Translations under genes and position numbers: made by a program
From: a virus
Taxonomy: Duplodnaviria > Caudoviricetes
Strand: one strand, 5' to 3'
Virus record (IMG/VR): IMGVR_UViG_3300011008_000040
Coordinates: 1 to 64,000 of that record
DNA: 64,000 nucleotides
The notes under the pieces: generated by a model
Told to the model about the DNA's origin: nothing
Database searches by the model: none
What the model saw: the letters and a program-made list of their open reading frames with translations, nothing else
Shown here: positions 36,271-45,700 of the stretch, piece after piece
How the letters are laid out: every line of letters begins with the position of its first letter
How positions within the stretch are numbered: the stretch's first letter is position 1

Positions 36271-36347
36271 TGCAGCTTTGAGACGTTAAACGACATTAAA
36301 ATATACGATTAATGTATGAACTAACTTCTTTGGACTGCTTTTTAAAC

Positions 36348-36533
36348 TTAATTCGACTTCTTAATAAGTATCCTATCCTCGCCAAACACTATTGCATCGC
36401 TCTCTTCATTAACCAGATAAATTGGAGCACCAGGAAGGGCACGTTTAAATTCTATGAATTCAAGCAGAAGTCTCCTTCGTCGTTCACCATACGCATATGG
36501 CAACCGCTCAGTTTTATTATCTGTAATATTCAT
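36348..36533 (-). CDS. Hypothetical protein
   Basis: ORF with RBS ggagtg. Confidence 0.6.
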   Translation of the reverse strand: MNITDNKTERLPYAYGERRRRLLLEFIEFKRALPGAPIYLVNEESDAIVFGEDRILIKKSN

Positions 36534-36540
36534 TATGGCA

Positions 36541-36765
36541 TCACTCCATAATATTCAACATAATGGTATAATCTTGAGCTACTTCATCAAAGAAAAGCCA
36601 GTTACCGCTATCAGTTTCGATAAAATTACTTCCACCACAAACATTCTTAGTCGGCAGCTTACCCTGTTCTCTTGCTGCTTCGTCACAATAGCCTTCAATA
36701 AAAGTAATTACATTACCATCAGGGGTAATCTCAACTACTTTTTCAGATATAATGCGGACATACAT
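36541..36765 (-). CDS. Hypothetical protein
   Basis: ORF with RBS gaggt. Confidence 0.6.
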   Translation of the reverse strand: MYVRIISEKVVEITPDGNVITFIEGYCDEAAREQGKLPTKNVCGGSNFIETDSGNWLFFDEVAQDYTIMLNIME

Positions 36766-36782
36766 TGCTGCTTACCTCACTC

Positions 36783-37214
36783 TTAATATTTCTCCAGTGT
36801 CTCTATTGAACCTATTTCATTATTTAAATAACCATTACCTTCAAGATCTTCATGGTAAACCTGCCACATCCGTTTCAAAGACTTATACTCTTCCTCACGT
36901 ATACGTCCTTCAGATTCATACTTCTTACACAAGAATTTAATTCGATCATAAAGGATTTCCCTTAAACCAGCTTGGAGCGCAACTGTTCGTGTATTACTCC
37001 CCTGTGTTTCAGCATCCAATTCCTTAGAAAGCTTCTCGACCTTCTTACTAAGCTCAACGAGCTCATTTGCAATTTTATCAATTTTATCTTCCATTGTGTC
37101 TTTAGTCTCGTCAGCTTTATCCTGTTTCTCCCATTTGCGTTTCAAATATAAAGCGCCAATGGTGGCACAGGCAGTGACGAGTGCAGACCCAATAATTTTT
37201 AGTATTTCAATCAC
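36783..37214 (-). CDS. Membrane-anchored coiled-coil protein, lysis-module type
   Basis: N-terminal TM; GLREILYDRI...YHEDLEGNG C-terminus typical of genes next to holins. Confidence 0.65.
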   Translation of the reverse strand: MIEILKIIGSALVTACATIGALYLKRKWEKQDKADETKDTMEDKIDKIANELVELSKKVEKLSKELDAETQGSNTRTVALQAGLREILYDRIKFLCKKYESEGRIREEEYKSLKRMWQVYHEDLEGNGYLNNEIGSIETLEKY

Positions 37215-37363
37215 TTTACGACCTCCTGTTCTTGCTTATCTGCGTGTAAAGTAATTCGTTTTTCAGTTTGCGGATGAAGCTTTGGCCCATGCTCGCAACA
37301 CCAACACAGTTCTTTTCCCGGAGGAACTGAATCCCCGCATATCTTACATTTAGGAAGAACCAA
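37211..37363 (-). CDS. Zn-finger peptide, 50 aa, TTG start (not in ORF track)
   Basis: Manual translation MVLPKCKICGDSVPPGKELCWCCEHG...VVK; GTGA overlap with next gene. Confidence 0.5.
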   Translation of the reverse strand: MVLPKCKICGDSVPPGKELCWCCEHGPKLHPQTEKRITLHADKQEQEVVK

Positions 37364-37464
37364 AACCTTTATTTCCTTTTCTATCACTTGTACTTACCAA
37401 AAATGTTTAAAATATCCCTCTTTCACTAATTTAGGGAAAACCAACATACAGACGACGATGAAAT

Positions 37465-38499
37465 ATGCTAAATTCTCTTCAAGATATAAATCAGGAGAGA
37501 ATCATGTACGAACAGTTACGAAATGAACTTATGGCTAGGTTAGCTGCAACTTTTCCAACTGACGATATTCAAATGATGCTTTCTACTCTCGACAGAGTTA
37601 TGCTTGACTATGATGTTCAAAAGAAAGAAACAGCCATTCAAGTCTATGACGCTTCGATCTACAATTCAATGAAGCTTTACCTTCTTTGCAAGAAAGCTGC
37701 CGGATTAAAAGAAGAAAGCTTACTAAATCTTAAATACACATTAAAACGATTTGCCGATAGTATGGGAAAAGCGCTAACTGAAATATCAACTAACGACATA
37801 CGAGGGTATCTATTTTATTATCAACAAAGGAATAACACATCTCCTGCTACATTGGAGAAAATTAGAGAGCGCCTGAACACTTACTTTCAATGGTGCCAAG
37901 AAGAAGGACTAATCACAATTAATCCGGCTGCACGTGTATCTAAAATTAAAGTTCCGAGATCTGAACGAAGAGCATTAACTGCTGAAGAGCTTGAATACTG
38001 TAGAAATCAATGCAAAACTTTAAGGGAAAAGGCGCTATTTGAAGTCTTGTATTCTACTGGCGCTCGAGTAGCTGAAATATCAAACTGCAATTTAACTGAC
38101 ATCGACTGGTCGCATGGAAGCATACGTGTATTTGGAAAGAACTCTGAATACTATACCGTTTACTTAAATGCAAAAGCTAAGGTTTCTCTTAAACGATATC
38201 TAAAAACCAGGGACGACAATTGTCCTGCTCTATTTATTACTACAAGGAAACCTGCAAGGAGACTATCTACTCGTGGAATTCGCAATGAAATAGAAGCTAT
38301 AGGTAAACGAGCAGAAATAGATGTGGTAGTTTCTCCACATGTAATGCGTCATACAATGGCTACAATGGCTCTACAGCACGGATCGTCATTAGAAATAGTG
38401 CAGCATTTACTGAATCACAAATCTCCATCAACAACACAAATATATGCGGAAATGGATCGAACAGAGATTGCTGCAGCGCATAAAAGAGCTGTAATATAG
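37465..38499 (+). CDS. Second tyrosine recombinase (XerD-like with SAM-like domain)
   Basis: STGARVAE, PHVMRH, LLNHK, TQIY. Confidence 0.9.
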   Translation: MLNSLQDINQERIMYEQLRNELMARLAATFPTDDIQMMLSTLDRVMLDYDVQKKETAIQVYDASIYNSMKLYLLCKKAAGLKEESLLNLKYTLKRFADSMGKALTEISTNDIRGYLFYYQQRNNTSPATLEKIRERLNTYFQWCQEEGLITINPAARVSKIKVPRSERRALTAEELEYCRNQCKTLREKALFEVLYSTGARVAEISNCNLTDIDWSHGSIRVFGKNSEYYTVYLNAKAKVSLKRYLKTRDDNCPALFITTRKPARRLSTRGIRNEIEAIGKRAEIDVVVSPHVMRHTMATMALQHGSSLEIVQHLLNHKSPSTTQIYAEMDRTEIAAAHKRAVI

Positions 38500-38518
38500 C
38501 AAATATCAAGACATTTTA

Positions 38519-38551
38519 AGAGCTGCCCCTGGTTAAGAGACAGCTCTTTTT
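38519..38551 (+). terminator. Intrinsic terminator after recombinase
   Basis: agagctg...cagctct followed by ttttt. Confidence 0.65.
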
Positions 38552-38717
38552 ATGCCTTAGAAACGGTTCTTTTTACTACCCAATCGCTTCAAATTGTGAA
38601 ATAGTTGTACAGGAAGGTAAAATCCCTATTACATCGTTCCGATTTGCACATAACTTGATACGCTTCGCATTATGCACCGAAAACCCATGCTTGCTTCAGA
38701 TTGTGATTTAAATTGTG

Positions 38718-40334
38718 CTATGCCATTGTCAATGTGATTCCTGTTGTGGTGCTATCATCAAGGAATGGCGAACCAATTCTTACACTTTTCAGTACACCAG
38801 CACCATAGTCAGCAACCATCAGGTCAAATGTTGGAGTGGTTACTCCACTCAAATGTTTGAGGTTAGCGGTAATAACCATTGGAATAGGTGTTGTTGCATC
38901 ACTTTCCCAAATTTTATCATTATGACTATGGCCACCTATCATGTATCTAACTTTGCCTGTTGCACTTGTAAAATCGTAGGAAATTGAGTTAAGAGTAATA
39001 GTTGTGTGGTTGTTATATGCATCGCACAGTAACTGTGCATTCTCGATTAAAGATGGAATGATATAACCGCCACTTGTTGACACCCACAAAATCTGTGCCC
39101 ACCTATCTGCAACCGTCATTCCGTTGCTATGGTCTGTTCCAGAATCAAGCACAAAATAAGTTGCCTGCGGTGTGTTAAATGCGTAATATGCTTTTCCTTC
39201 CTGTTGGAACATAAGGTTTACAATCTGATTTTGCGTTAGTGTAACAGTTCCCTGTTCGTTGTTGTCATGGTTTCCAAAAACAGGATAATAAGGGAAGAAG
39301 TCCTTTTTCATTCTTCCATCGCATAACCCAAGTTTGTAGGCAACAGTTGTGTCACTTTCTTTAGCTGTTAACCAATCTCCACCGCATAATGTGAAACTTG
39401 TAGGAGTAAGTAGATATGTTCTATGCAGACATTCAATATAATCTCTATACTGTGTTTCCCATGTATTTGTATCGTTTAATACATGTGGGTCGGTGAACCA
39501 AAGAAACGCATCGCTTTTACCTGTTGCAGATACAAGTAGATTAGTGAACGGTCTTACATATTGCGATGCATTAAAATTTTCCACATAGTTGCTTTGGTAA
39601 AATAGATTATCAAAGTTATCTATTTCGTTTTCTGCATCTGTCACCCTTGTATCAATATCCCCGAGTTTACTATTTGCGGATGTTGGATATTTTAAAGTAA
39701 AATCAGTACCATTAGTAGTAAAGACATAGTTTGTTCCTACTATTGAAGTTAAATTGGCAATACTTGCTGGGTATGAAATTACAGTGCGGCTTGGTGCTAC
39801 TACACTCGTGTCTTCAGAAACGAACTCAACTTGAACTTGTACTTTATAGTTTGTATATTCGCCTCTTGCTATTCCAATTTCAAATGTTTTACTACCCGCT
39901 GTTCCATTTATGAAAGTTGTTGATTTCGTTTCGTTAGCTACGGTCATATACGAACTCATCAAGCCTGATGCAACACGAACACGAATTGGGGCATAACTAC
40001 CCGTTGGTGTTACTGAACCATCTAAAACTGCTACAGTTAAGCGAAAAGAGCCCTTTGGTAGGTATGTTGTGTTTGCAATGATGCTTTGCATCCACCCCTC
40101 ACTCGTTTTTGTGCCGTTGCAAATTATAGTATTGTCTGTATAGGACTTAATGGAGCATCCATGATATGTGCCAGAACTGTTTTTAAAACTCAAAAAGTTT
40201 TTGTTGCATCTTACAATGGTTAATGATTCTTCTTCTGTTGTAAAATCTGTGATTGCATCTGCAATATCAGTATTAAACTTTACAACTCCGTTTGTGCTAT
40301 ATGTTGGTTGGTTATATACGAATCCATATTTCAT
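38718..40334 (-). CDS. Tail-fibre/adhesin-like protein with C-terminal metallophosphoesterase domain
   Basis: Beta-sandwich-like N-half, short coiled coil, then TDPH, GGDW, GNHD, GHSH motifs. Confidence 0.65.
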   Translation of the reverse strand: MKYGFVYNQPTYSTNGVVKFNTDIADAITDFTTEEESLTIVRCNKNFLSFKNSSGTYHGCSIKSYTDNTIICNGTKTSEGWMQSIIANTTYLPKGSFRLTVAVLDGSVTPTGSYAPIRVRVASGLMSSYMTVANETKSTTFINGTAGSKTFEIGIARGEYTNYKVQVQVEFVSEDTSVVAPSRTVISYPASIANLTSIVGTNYVFTTNGTDFTLKYPTSANSKLGDIDTRVTDAENEIDNFDNLFYQSNYVENFNASQYVRPFTNLLVSATGKSDAFLWFTDPHVLNDTNTWETQYRDYIECLHRTYLLTPTSFTLCGGDWLTAKESDTTVAYKLGLCDGRMKKDFFPYYPVFGNHDNNEQGTVTLTQNQIVNLMFQQEGKAYYAFNTPQATYFVLDSGTDHSNGMTVADRWAQILWVSTSGGYIIPSLIENAQLLCDAYNNHTTITLNSISYDFTSATGKVRYMIGGHSHNDKIWESDATTPIPMVITANLKHLSGVTTPTFDLMVADYGAGVLKSVRIGSPFLDDSTTTGITLTMA

Positions 40335-40791
40335 TTATTGCTGTCTTTAACTCATCAATCTTCTCGGATTGGGTAGCAAGAGCAGCGCCAACAGAACCAG
40401 ATCCATAAGTAGTTGAGCTATCATACTCAACATCTCCAGCATCCAAGCCATCGATGTCTGAACTCAGTTCACTAATTGCTTCACCGACAGATCCGGAAGT
40501 ATGCGTTGCAGATCCATCGTATGAAATATCTTCGGCGGTCAATCCCTGAAGATCATCCATTGTGGGAATCACAACATCTTCTTCACTTGGGTCGACCCAG
40601 ATATGGTTTCGCTCGGTTATAGGTTCGGTGTCCGAAACGATTACAAAGTTCTCTACAGACTCATTATAAACCCAATCTTTTACTGTTTTACCTTTTGCTT
40701 TTTTGGCCGTCTCGCCCTGCTGAAGAACCAATAAGTCATTGTCCTCTATCGCAACGGCTTCGACCAGTTCACTAATTTGTCTATCAGCCAT
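40312..40791 (-). CDS. Tail-fibre N-terminal/anchor protein
   Basis: MADRQISELVEA...DLLVLQQG...; NHIWVDP; two YDxxxTxxSGSVGxAL repeats. Confidence 0.65.
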   Translation of the reverse strand: MADRQISELVEAVAIEDNDLLVLQQGETAKKAKGKTVKDWVYNESVENFVIVSDTEPITERNHIWVDPSEEDVVIPTMDDLQGLTAEDISYDGSATHTSGSVGEAISELSSDIDGLDAGDVEYDSSTTYGSGSVGAALATQSEKIDELKTAINEIWIRI

Positions 40792-40801
40792 AATTATTAC
40801 T

Positions 40802-40816
40802 CTCCCATTTTGAATT
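40802..40816 (-). promoter_or_regulatory. Late promoter-like motif L2
   Basis: aattcaaaatgggag 10 nt upstream of ATG 40791. Confidence 0.55.
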
Positions 40817-40832
40817 TTTCACTGAACTGAGC

Positions 40833-41054
40833 TTACTCCTCATCATTCTTACTCTTATTGTACTCAGCAGTACTGATACCAAGAAGAGCGCCAAGGAGAG
40901 TGCAAACAACTGCAGAGGTTTTAGCAACCTCAGTAGCAAACGGCCAACCCCAAATAGCTGCGAGGCCAACATAAGCAGTAGTGAGGGCGGGCAGGCAAAT
41001 CATTACGACCCATTTAAGAATGTCGTACCAAGCATTCGGAAGTTTCATTTTCAA
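40833..41054 (-). CDS. Holin (Dp-1 type)
   Basis: YDILKWVVMICLPALTT...IWG...LLGALLGIST, two TM. Confidence 0.8.
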   Translation of the reverse strand: MKMKLPNAWYDILKWVVMICLPALTTAYVGLAAIWGWPFATEVAKTSAVVCTLLGALLGISTAEYNKSKNDEE

Positions 41055-41065
41055 TTATCTCCTTA

Positions 41066-41785
41066 TTATTTAATAATAGTTATGGCAACTTCCCAATCAT
41101 CTCGATTAGCAATGCCATCGACCTCTAAATTGTTCATGTATTGAAATGTAGTAGTCGCATCAAGCGTATTATGCCAGAATTCTCCATCGGCTCCATCAGG
41201 TCCAACACTAATTCCCCAACAAAGCATTAAAGCCTGCCAAAGTCTAACTTTGTCTGATGGATTTTTCAGTCCATCTCCTAAAGCTACTTCATAAGCAAAC
41301 TTATCCTCGGCCGGTTCATCATCGTCACTTGGAGTATCGTCCTCTTCCTGCTCAGGCCATCTAAGAACACAATCCCAAGGGTAATTCCAATAACCCTGAA
41401 CACGAATCTCATTCCCTGACTGATCTCCTGGAATACTATTGCCTTCAGAAGATCTAGCATGAACAACCTGATGATTTCCTACATACATTGCAGTATGGTT
41501 TAATTCATTGAGAAGAATATCTCCCCTCTTCAAACCATCACCATTATAAAGATTCACACTATTAGTAACGTTTTCAAATCCACAAGCTAAGAATACAGGT
41601 TTCATATTACCTGTATACGATGCTCCTCTGGATCTAACAGGAACTCCGGCCCGCTCCCATGCAGTAATAACAAGCGAACTGCAATCGTAGTCCGGACCCC
41701 AACGATTTTGCTGAGAATATCCATGGCTATTATCAGCAGCAATGTTCTCCATAAAAGCCGTTGCTGCTTCTGCTCTAGATTTCAT
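41066..41785 (-). CDS. Endolysin: NlpC/P60 peptidase plus peptidoglycan-binding domain
   Basis: YDCSS, HTAMY; C-terminal VRLWQALM...ADGEF..T..FQ...LEVDGI. Confidence 0.85.
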   Translation of the reverse strand: MKSRAEAATAFMENIAADNSHGYSQQNRWGPDYDCSSLVITAWERAGVPVRSRGASYTGNMKPVFLACGFENVTNSVNLYNGDGLKRGDILLNELNHTAMYVGNHQVVHARSSEGNSIPGDQSGNEIRVQGYWNYPWDCVLRWPEQEEDDTPSDDDEPAEDKFAYEVALGDGLKNPSDKVRLWQALMLCWGISVGPDGADGEFWHNTLDATTTFQYMNNLEVDGIANRDDWEVAITIIK

Positions 41786-41991
41786 TTTGCATGCTCCCCA
41801 TCGAGAGGTCCACCGATCAGCACTGCCATTTTCTCTGCTTCACAATCTCTGCAAAGATTGCCAGGATCATGTTTACCTCTGGAGACATACTCCCTTCCGC
41901 AAACAGCGCATGTAAATTTTTCGGCATGATCTTCGGCAAATATAATAATTTTTGCAGCCTGATAAAGCTGCCTTGCTTTATTGCTTATCAT
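41782..41991 (-). CDS. Zn-finger small protein
   Basis: CAVC...CRDC. Confidence 0.6.
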   Translation of the reverse strand: MISNKARQLYQAAKIIIFAEDHAEKFTCAVCGREYVSRGKHDPGNLCRDCEAEKMAVLIGGPLDGEHAK

Positions 41992-41996
41992 TTCAT

Positions 41997-42740
41997 TTAC
42001 CTCTCTTTGTGATTATCTGTAACAATAATTCTATCTCCACCAAACAAAATGCTGTCATAGTCTTCATTAGCAAGATAATACTGAATCGGATTTTCGATCA
42101 TGTTCTGAATTTCTTCAGGAAGCAATAATGTTGGCGGCGTATCGTCGGTTCCATACAACGTATTCTCAAGGTCATTTAAAACTTCTTGAGTCAATAACGT
42201 GCTATCTATAGTTACTAATGAAACTGGCCTATACTGACCTATTTTTATAGGTAGTGTGGTCAATTCCCAAGAAAAACTAATCGGCTCAGGAGCATCATTT
42301 ATAATCTTATAAACACGCTGCTGAGCCGATGCTTTACATCCATAAAGAATATGGATTTTATACCCGAAATCATTACCTTTAAGGCTGTTTCCGAATACGG
42401 TTCTATAACAAAAAGCAAATGAGCGCCTTGACTGCTGTATAATTCTAGCTCCATCGGCTATATCAGCAACGCCAAAGCACTCATTAAACTCATCGGGAGA
42501 AGAGTAGGCTTCGATTGTTGCCTCCAACTCCTCCCGAGAATATAGATTTAAGTATTTTTTATCATCAGCATAGATACTGGATGCTTCTCCGCCAACTGAT
42601 CGCTCAGTTACACCGATAAGGCCATTCCATGCTACGCCAGATCTGTATGTTCCATCATTATTTTGGACATACAGCACGCCTCGTCTGACACCCGTTTCAA
42701 AGTATCGTTTCTCGGCTTCATCCCAAGTTAATCTTGCCAC
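41997..42740 (-). CDS. Major tail protein paralog 3
   Basis: MARLTWD..E..ETGVRRGVLY...GVAWNGL, YADDKKYLNL, YKIHILYG; homologous to 54591 and 55263. Confidence 0.8.
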   Translation of the reverse strand: MARLTWDEAEKRYFETGVRRGVLYVQNNDGTYRSGVAWNGLIGVTERSVGGEASSIYADDKKYLNLYSREELEATIEAYSSPDEFNECFGVADIADGARIIQQSRRSFAFCYRTVFGNSLKGNDFGYKIHILYGCKASAQQRVYKIINDAPEPISFSWELTTLPIKIGQYRPVSLVTIDSTLLTQEVLNDLENTLYGTDDTPPTLLLPEEIQNMIENPIQYYLANEDYDSILFGGDRIIVTDNHKER

Positions 42741-42761
42741 TGTCGGATGCCATCCTTTCCA

Positions 42762-42776
42762 CTACCATTTTGAATT
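42762..42776 (-). promoter_or_regulatory. Late promoter-like motif L3
   Basis: aattcaaaatggtag directly after stop of 42777..48005. Confidence 0.55.
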
Positions 42777-45700
42777 TTAGCCATAAAGAATTAAATCTTC
42801 AATCCAAATTTCAGTTGCTGCCGAAGGATTTGTTACAACGGACTCTACTCCTATAGTATAATTCCCTGTAAAATTAGATACATCCAACTCATATATAGCA
42901 TAATCTGTTGTAAGGCTTAAGAGTTTTGCATCTCCTGTCGTATAACCCACTGTTTCTCTTGCATACAAATAAAGCATCCCATTTCCTGATCCAACATTCG
43001 GATAGTGTGCTTCGGCAGAAGTTGGTTTCTTAGCCTTTATCTGAATAATAGAATAATTTGTAAGATCGATCTGAGTATTTACTTTGAATCCACCATAATA
43101 CACCAACTGAGTTGATATTACACTATTCCATTTCTGCCCCCAAACACCAGCATTCGTTTCTGATACGAACCCACCGGAAAATGGTACTTGTGTGCCACTA
43201 CCCATAATGTTAAGGTATTGTTCATTAGTAGTATTCACAGAGTATGGGTATTGCCCAACGCCATCAATGAAAACATCTAGATGTGTAGTCCAAGCGATCT
43301 CAACCTCTACCACATTACTATATGCAGAATCTGTGTAATAAATTCCATCGCCAATAGCTTTAAGTCTATATTGGTAGGTTCTACCTCCAATCAATCCGAC
43401 ATTAGTATATGACACTGCCATAGAAGACAGCTGATCAGACACAACGGTGTACTCAGAATCAGTGCTTAATTTACGCTCAAGTTTGTAACTAGACGCATTA
43501 GCAACAAGATCCCAAGTTAATTCAACTGCTTTAGAACCGCTGACGGTTGTTTCGACGCCAGACATAACTGGAGTTGCAAGCTGTTGCGCAACTGGCTGTT
43601 CTATCTCAATAGAATCATCCATTGGAACAGAATCACGAAATGTGACATAATCTCCAAGAGCAGTAATCTGATAGTCATATTCGGCGCCCCAAGTAAGATT
43701 AGCATCACTATAACTAGTAGCAGGACCAGAATAAATAGTAGACCACACAGTATCAGATGCTAATTTTCGCTCGAGTTTATACCCTATCGCATTTGAATTT
43801 GTTCCCCATGATGCAGTAACAGTGTTCACGTCTGTAACCTGAGCAAGAGTAATACTCACAGGATTAAGCCAAATCAATCCAGCATATGGATCTGGCACTT
43901 CAAATACAGTTATTTCACTATAGTCAGAGCTAAATACATTAATCTCATTACCTATAGCTTTCATACGATAGTCATATGTCACCCCATAGGTAGTTCCCGT
44001 ATCAACATACTGCCTTGTGGCCGAAGAAACCTGAATTCTTGTCCAATCTGCTCCGGCATCATAGCTTACTTTTCTTTCGATGTAGTAAGACTGAGCACCA
44101 GAAACAAAACTCCAAGAAATTTGAACACTACCTGCAAATCTGTCAGCAACTGAAAGCTCAAACACAGGAGGAGCCAAAGTAATAATATCGCCATTCATAG
44201 CTATTACTGTTACGGCATTGCTTAATTCAGAATCGCCATAATTAGCATTATTACCTAATGCCGTCAAACGATACGAATACTCTGACAAGTATTCAGTTGT
44301 CATGTCAATATATGACGTTGTTTCCGGAGAAAGGCTAGCCTCTAAAATATCATAAAGACCATCGCCTTTCTTTCTTTCCAACATGTATCCTTCAGCATGA
44401 GGAACTGCTTCCCAGTTTAACTCAATAAAGGCAAGCGGATCATAAATATAAGTACTTGTCAGAACTGGGGGTTCGCACCTACCACCTGCATTACCGTTTT
44501 CTATTAGAACAAGAAAACCTCCTGGAGGACCATCGTAGTATCCAGTTTCAGCAACAGGAAACATTAAATAAATATATGTTTCTCCTGCAACTGCAGATGT
44601 GTCTGTGAAAGTTAAAGCCGACGAATTATAAACTGTAACATAAGATGACTGCGGCTCAGCCTCTAATTTGCGAAGGATTTTATAGCTTGCAGCATGATCT
44701 ACTTCAGACCAAGTAAATATAACTGAGCCGTTTTCGACTACAAAATCTGCAGTCTCAAACCATTTAAGCGCCGTTTCTGGCTCTTCATACACAATTATAT
44801 GACTATCAGATGTTTCATAGTTTTCAGCAGTATTATAAGCTCTAAAATCATATGTTGTTCTACTAGATGTAAGTTTTGCATTATGCAGAGTTCCATATTT
44901 TGTTGTTTCAGTGCGACCAGCTAAAGCACTAAAGCCAAATGATGACCACCATGATCTATCATGTCGACGATACTCAAAATATGTCGTTTCAGCTCTGGAA
45001 TCTCCATAAATAAACCATAAAATAGTATAACTATATCCTCCATACACATATGGAGCAGGGTCATATATAAATGGAGCGAACAATTTGTTCGACACTTCTG
45101 GCATAATTGCTGAAACAACATTGCTAAACTGAGATGATAACTTGTCCGGACCACTCACAAATAACCGATAGTCAAATTCTTTTCCAATCGATGCTGTGCT
45201 TACACTATCAAGTGCGCCCATTCTGCTTGCTTGACTTTTTACCAAACTATACCACTGAGGATTTTCAGGTTTTCTTACTTCAAAGTTTTCATACGCTGTT
45301 GCTGCAGTTACAGGCTTTGAAATATCAGTAAGAAGGTATATTTTAGCAGCATCTCCACTATAAATAGGAAATGCTCCTTTAATTGGATTAACAGGATAAT
45401 AGTCTAATCCGAATCCGACAACAACCTCATTGGACCGCTCAGATTCACCATGATCTTCATCACCGTACGTTCTGATACGATACAAATATGTCGCATTCTT
45501 TTTTGGCGGATAGGCAGATTGAGTTCCATCATCAGTAAAGGTATACTCATCATCTCCACTAGGAACATCAAAATATCCTCTGGGCTCCCAGATGCCAAGC
45601 ATTTTATTGTTGCTAAATTCCAAATATGCGGCTCCACCATCATCGCCAGGAGTTGAACTTCCTGCTGGACCAGCCGATAGAATTTTACGCTCTATGTAAT

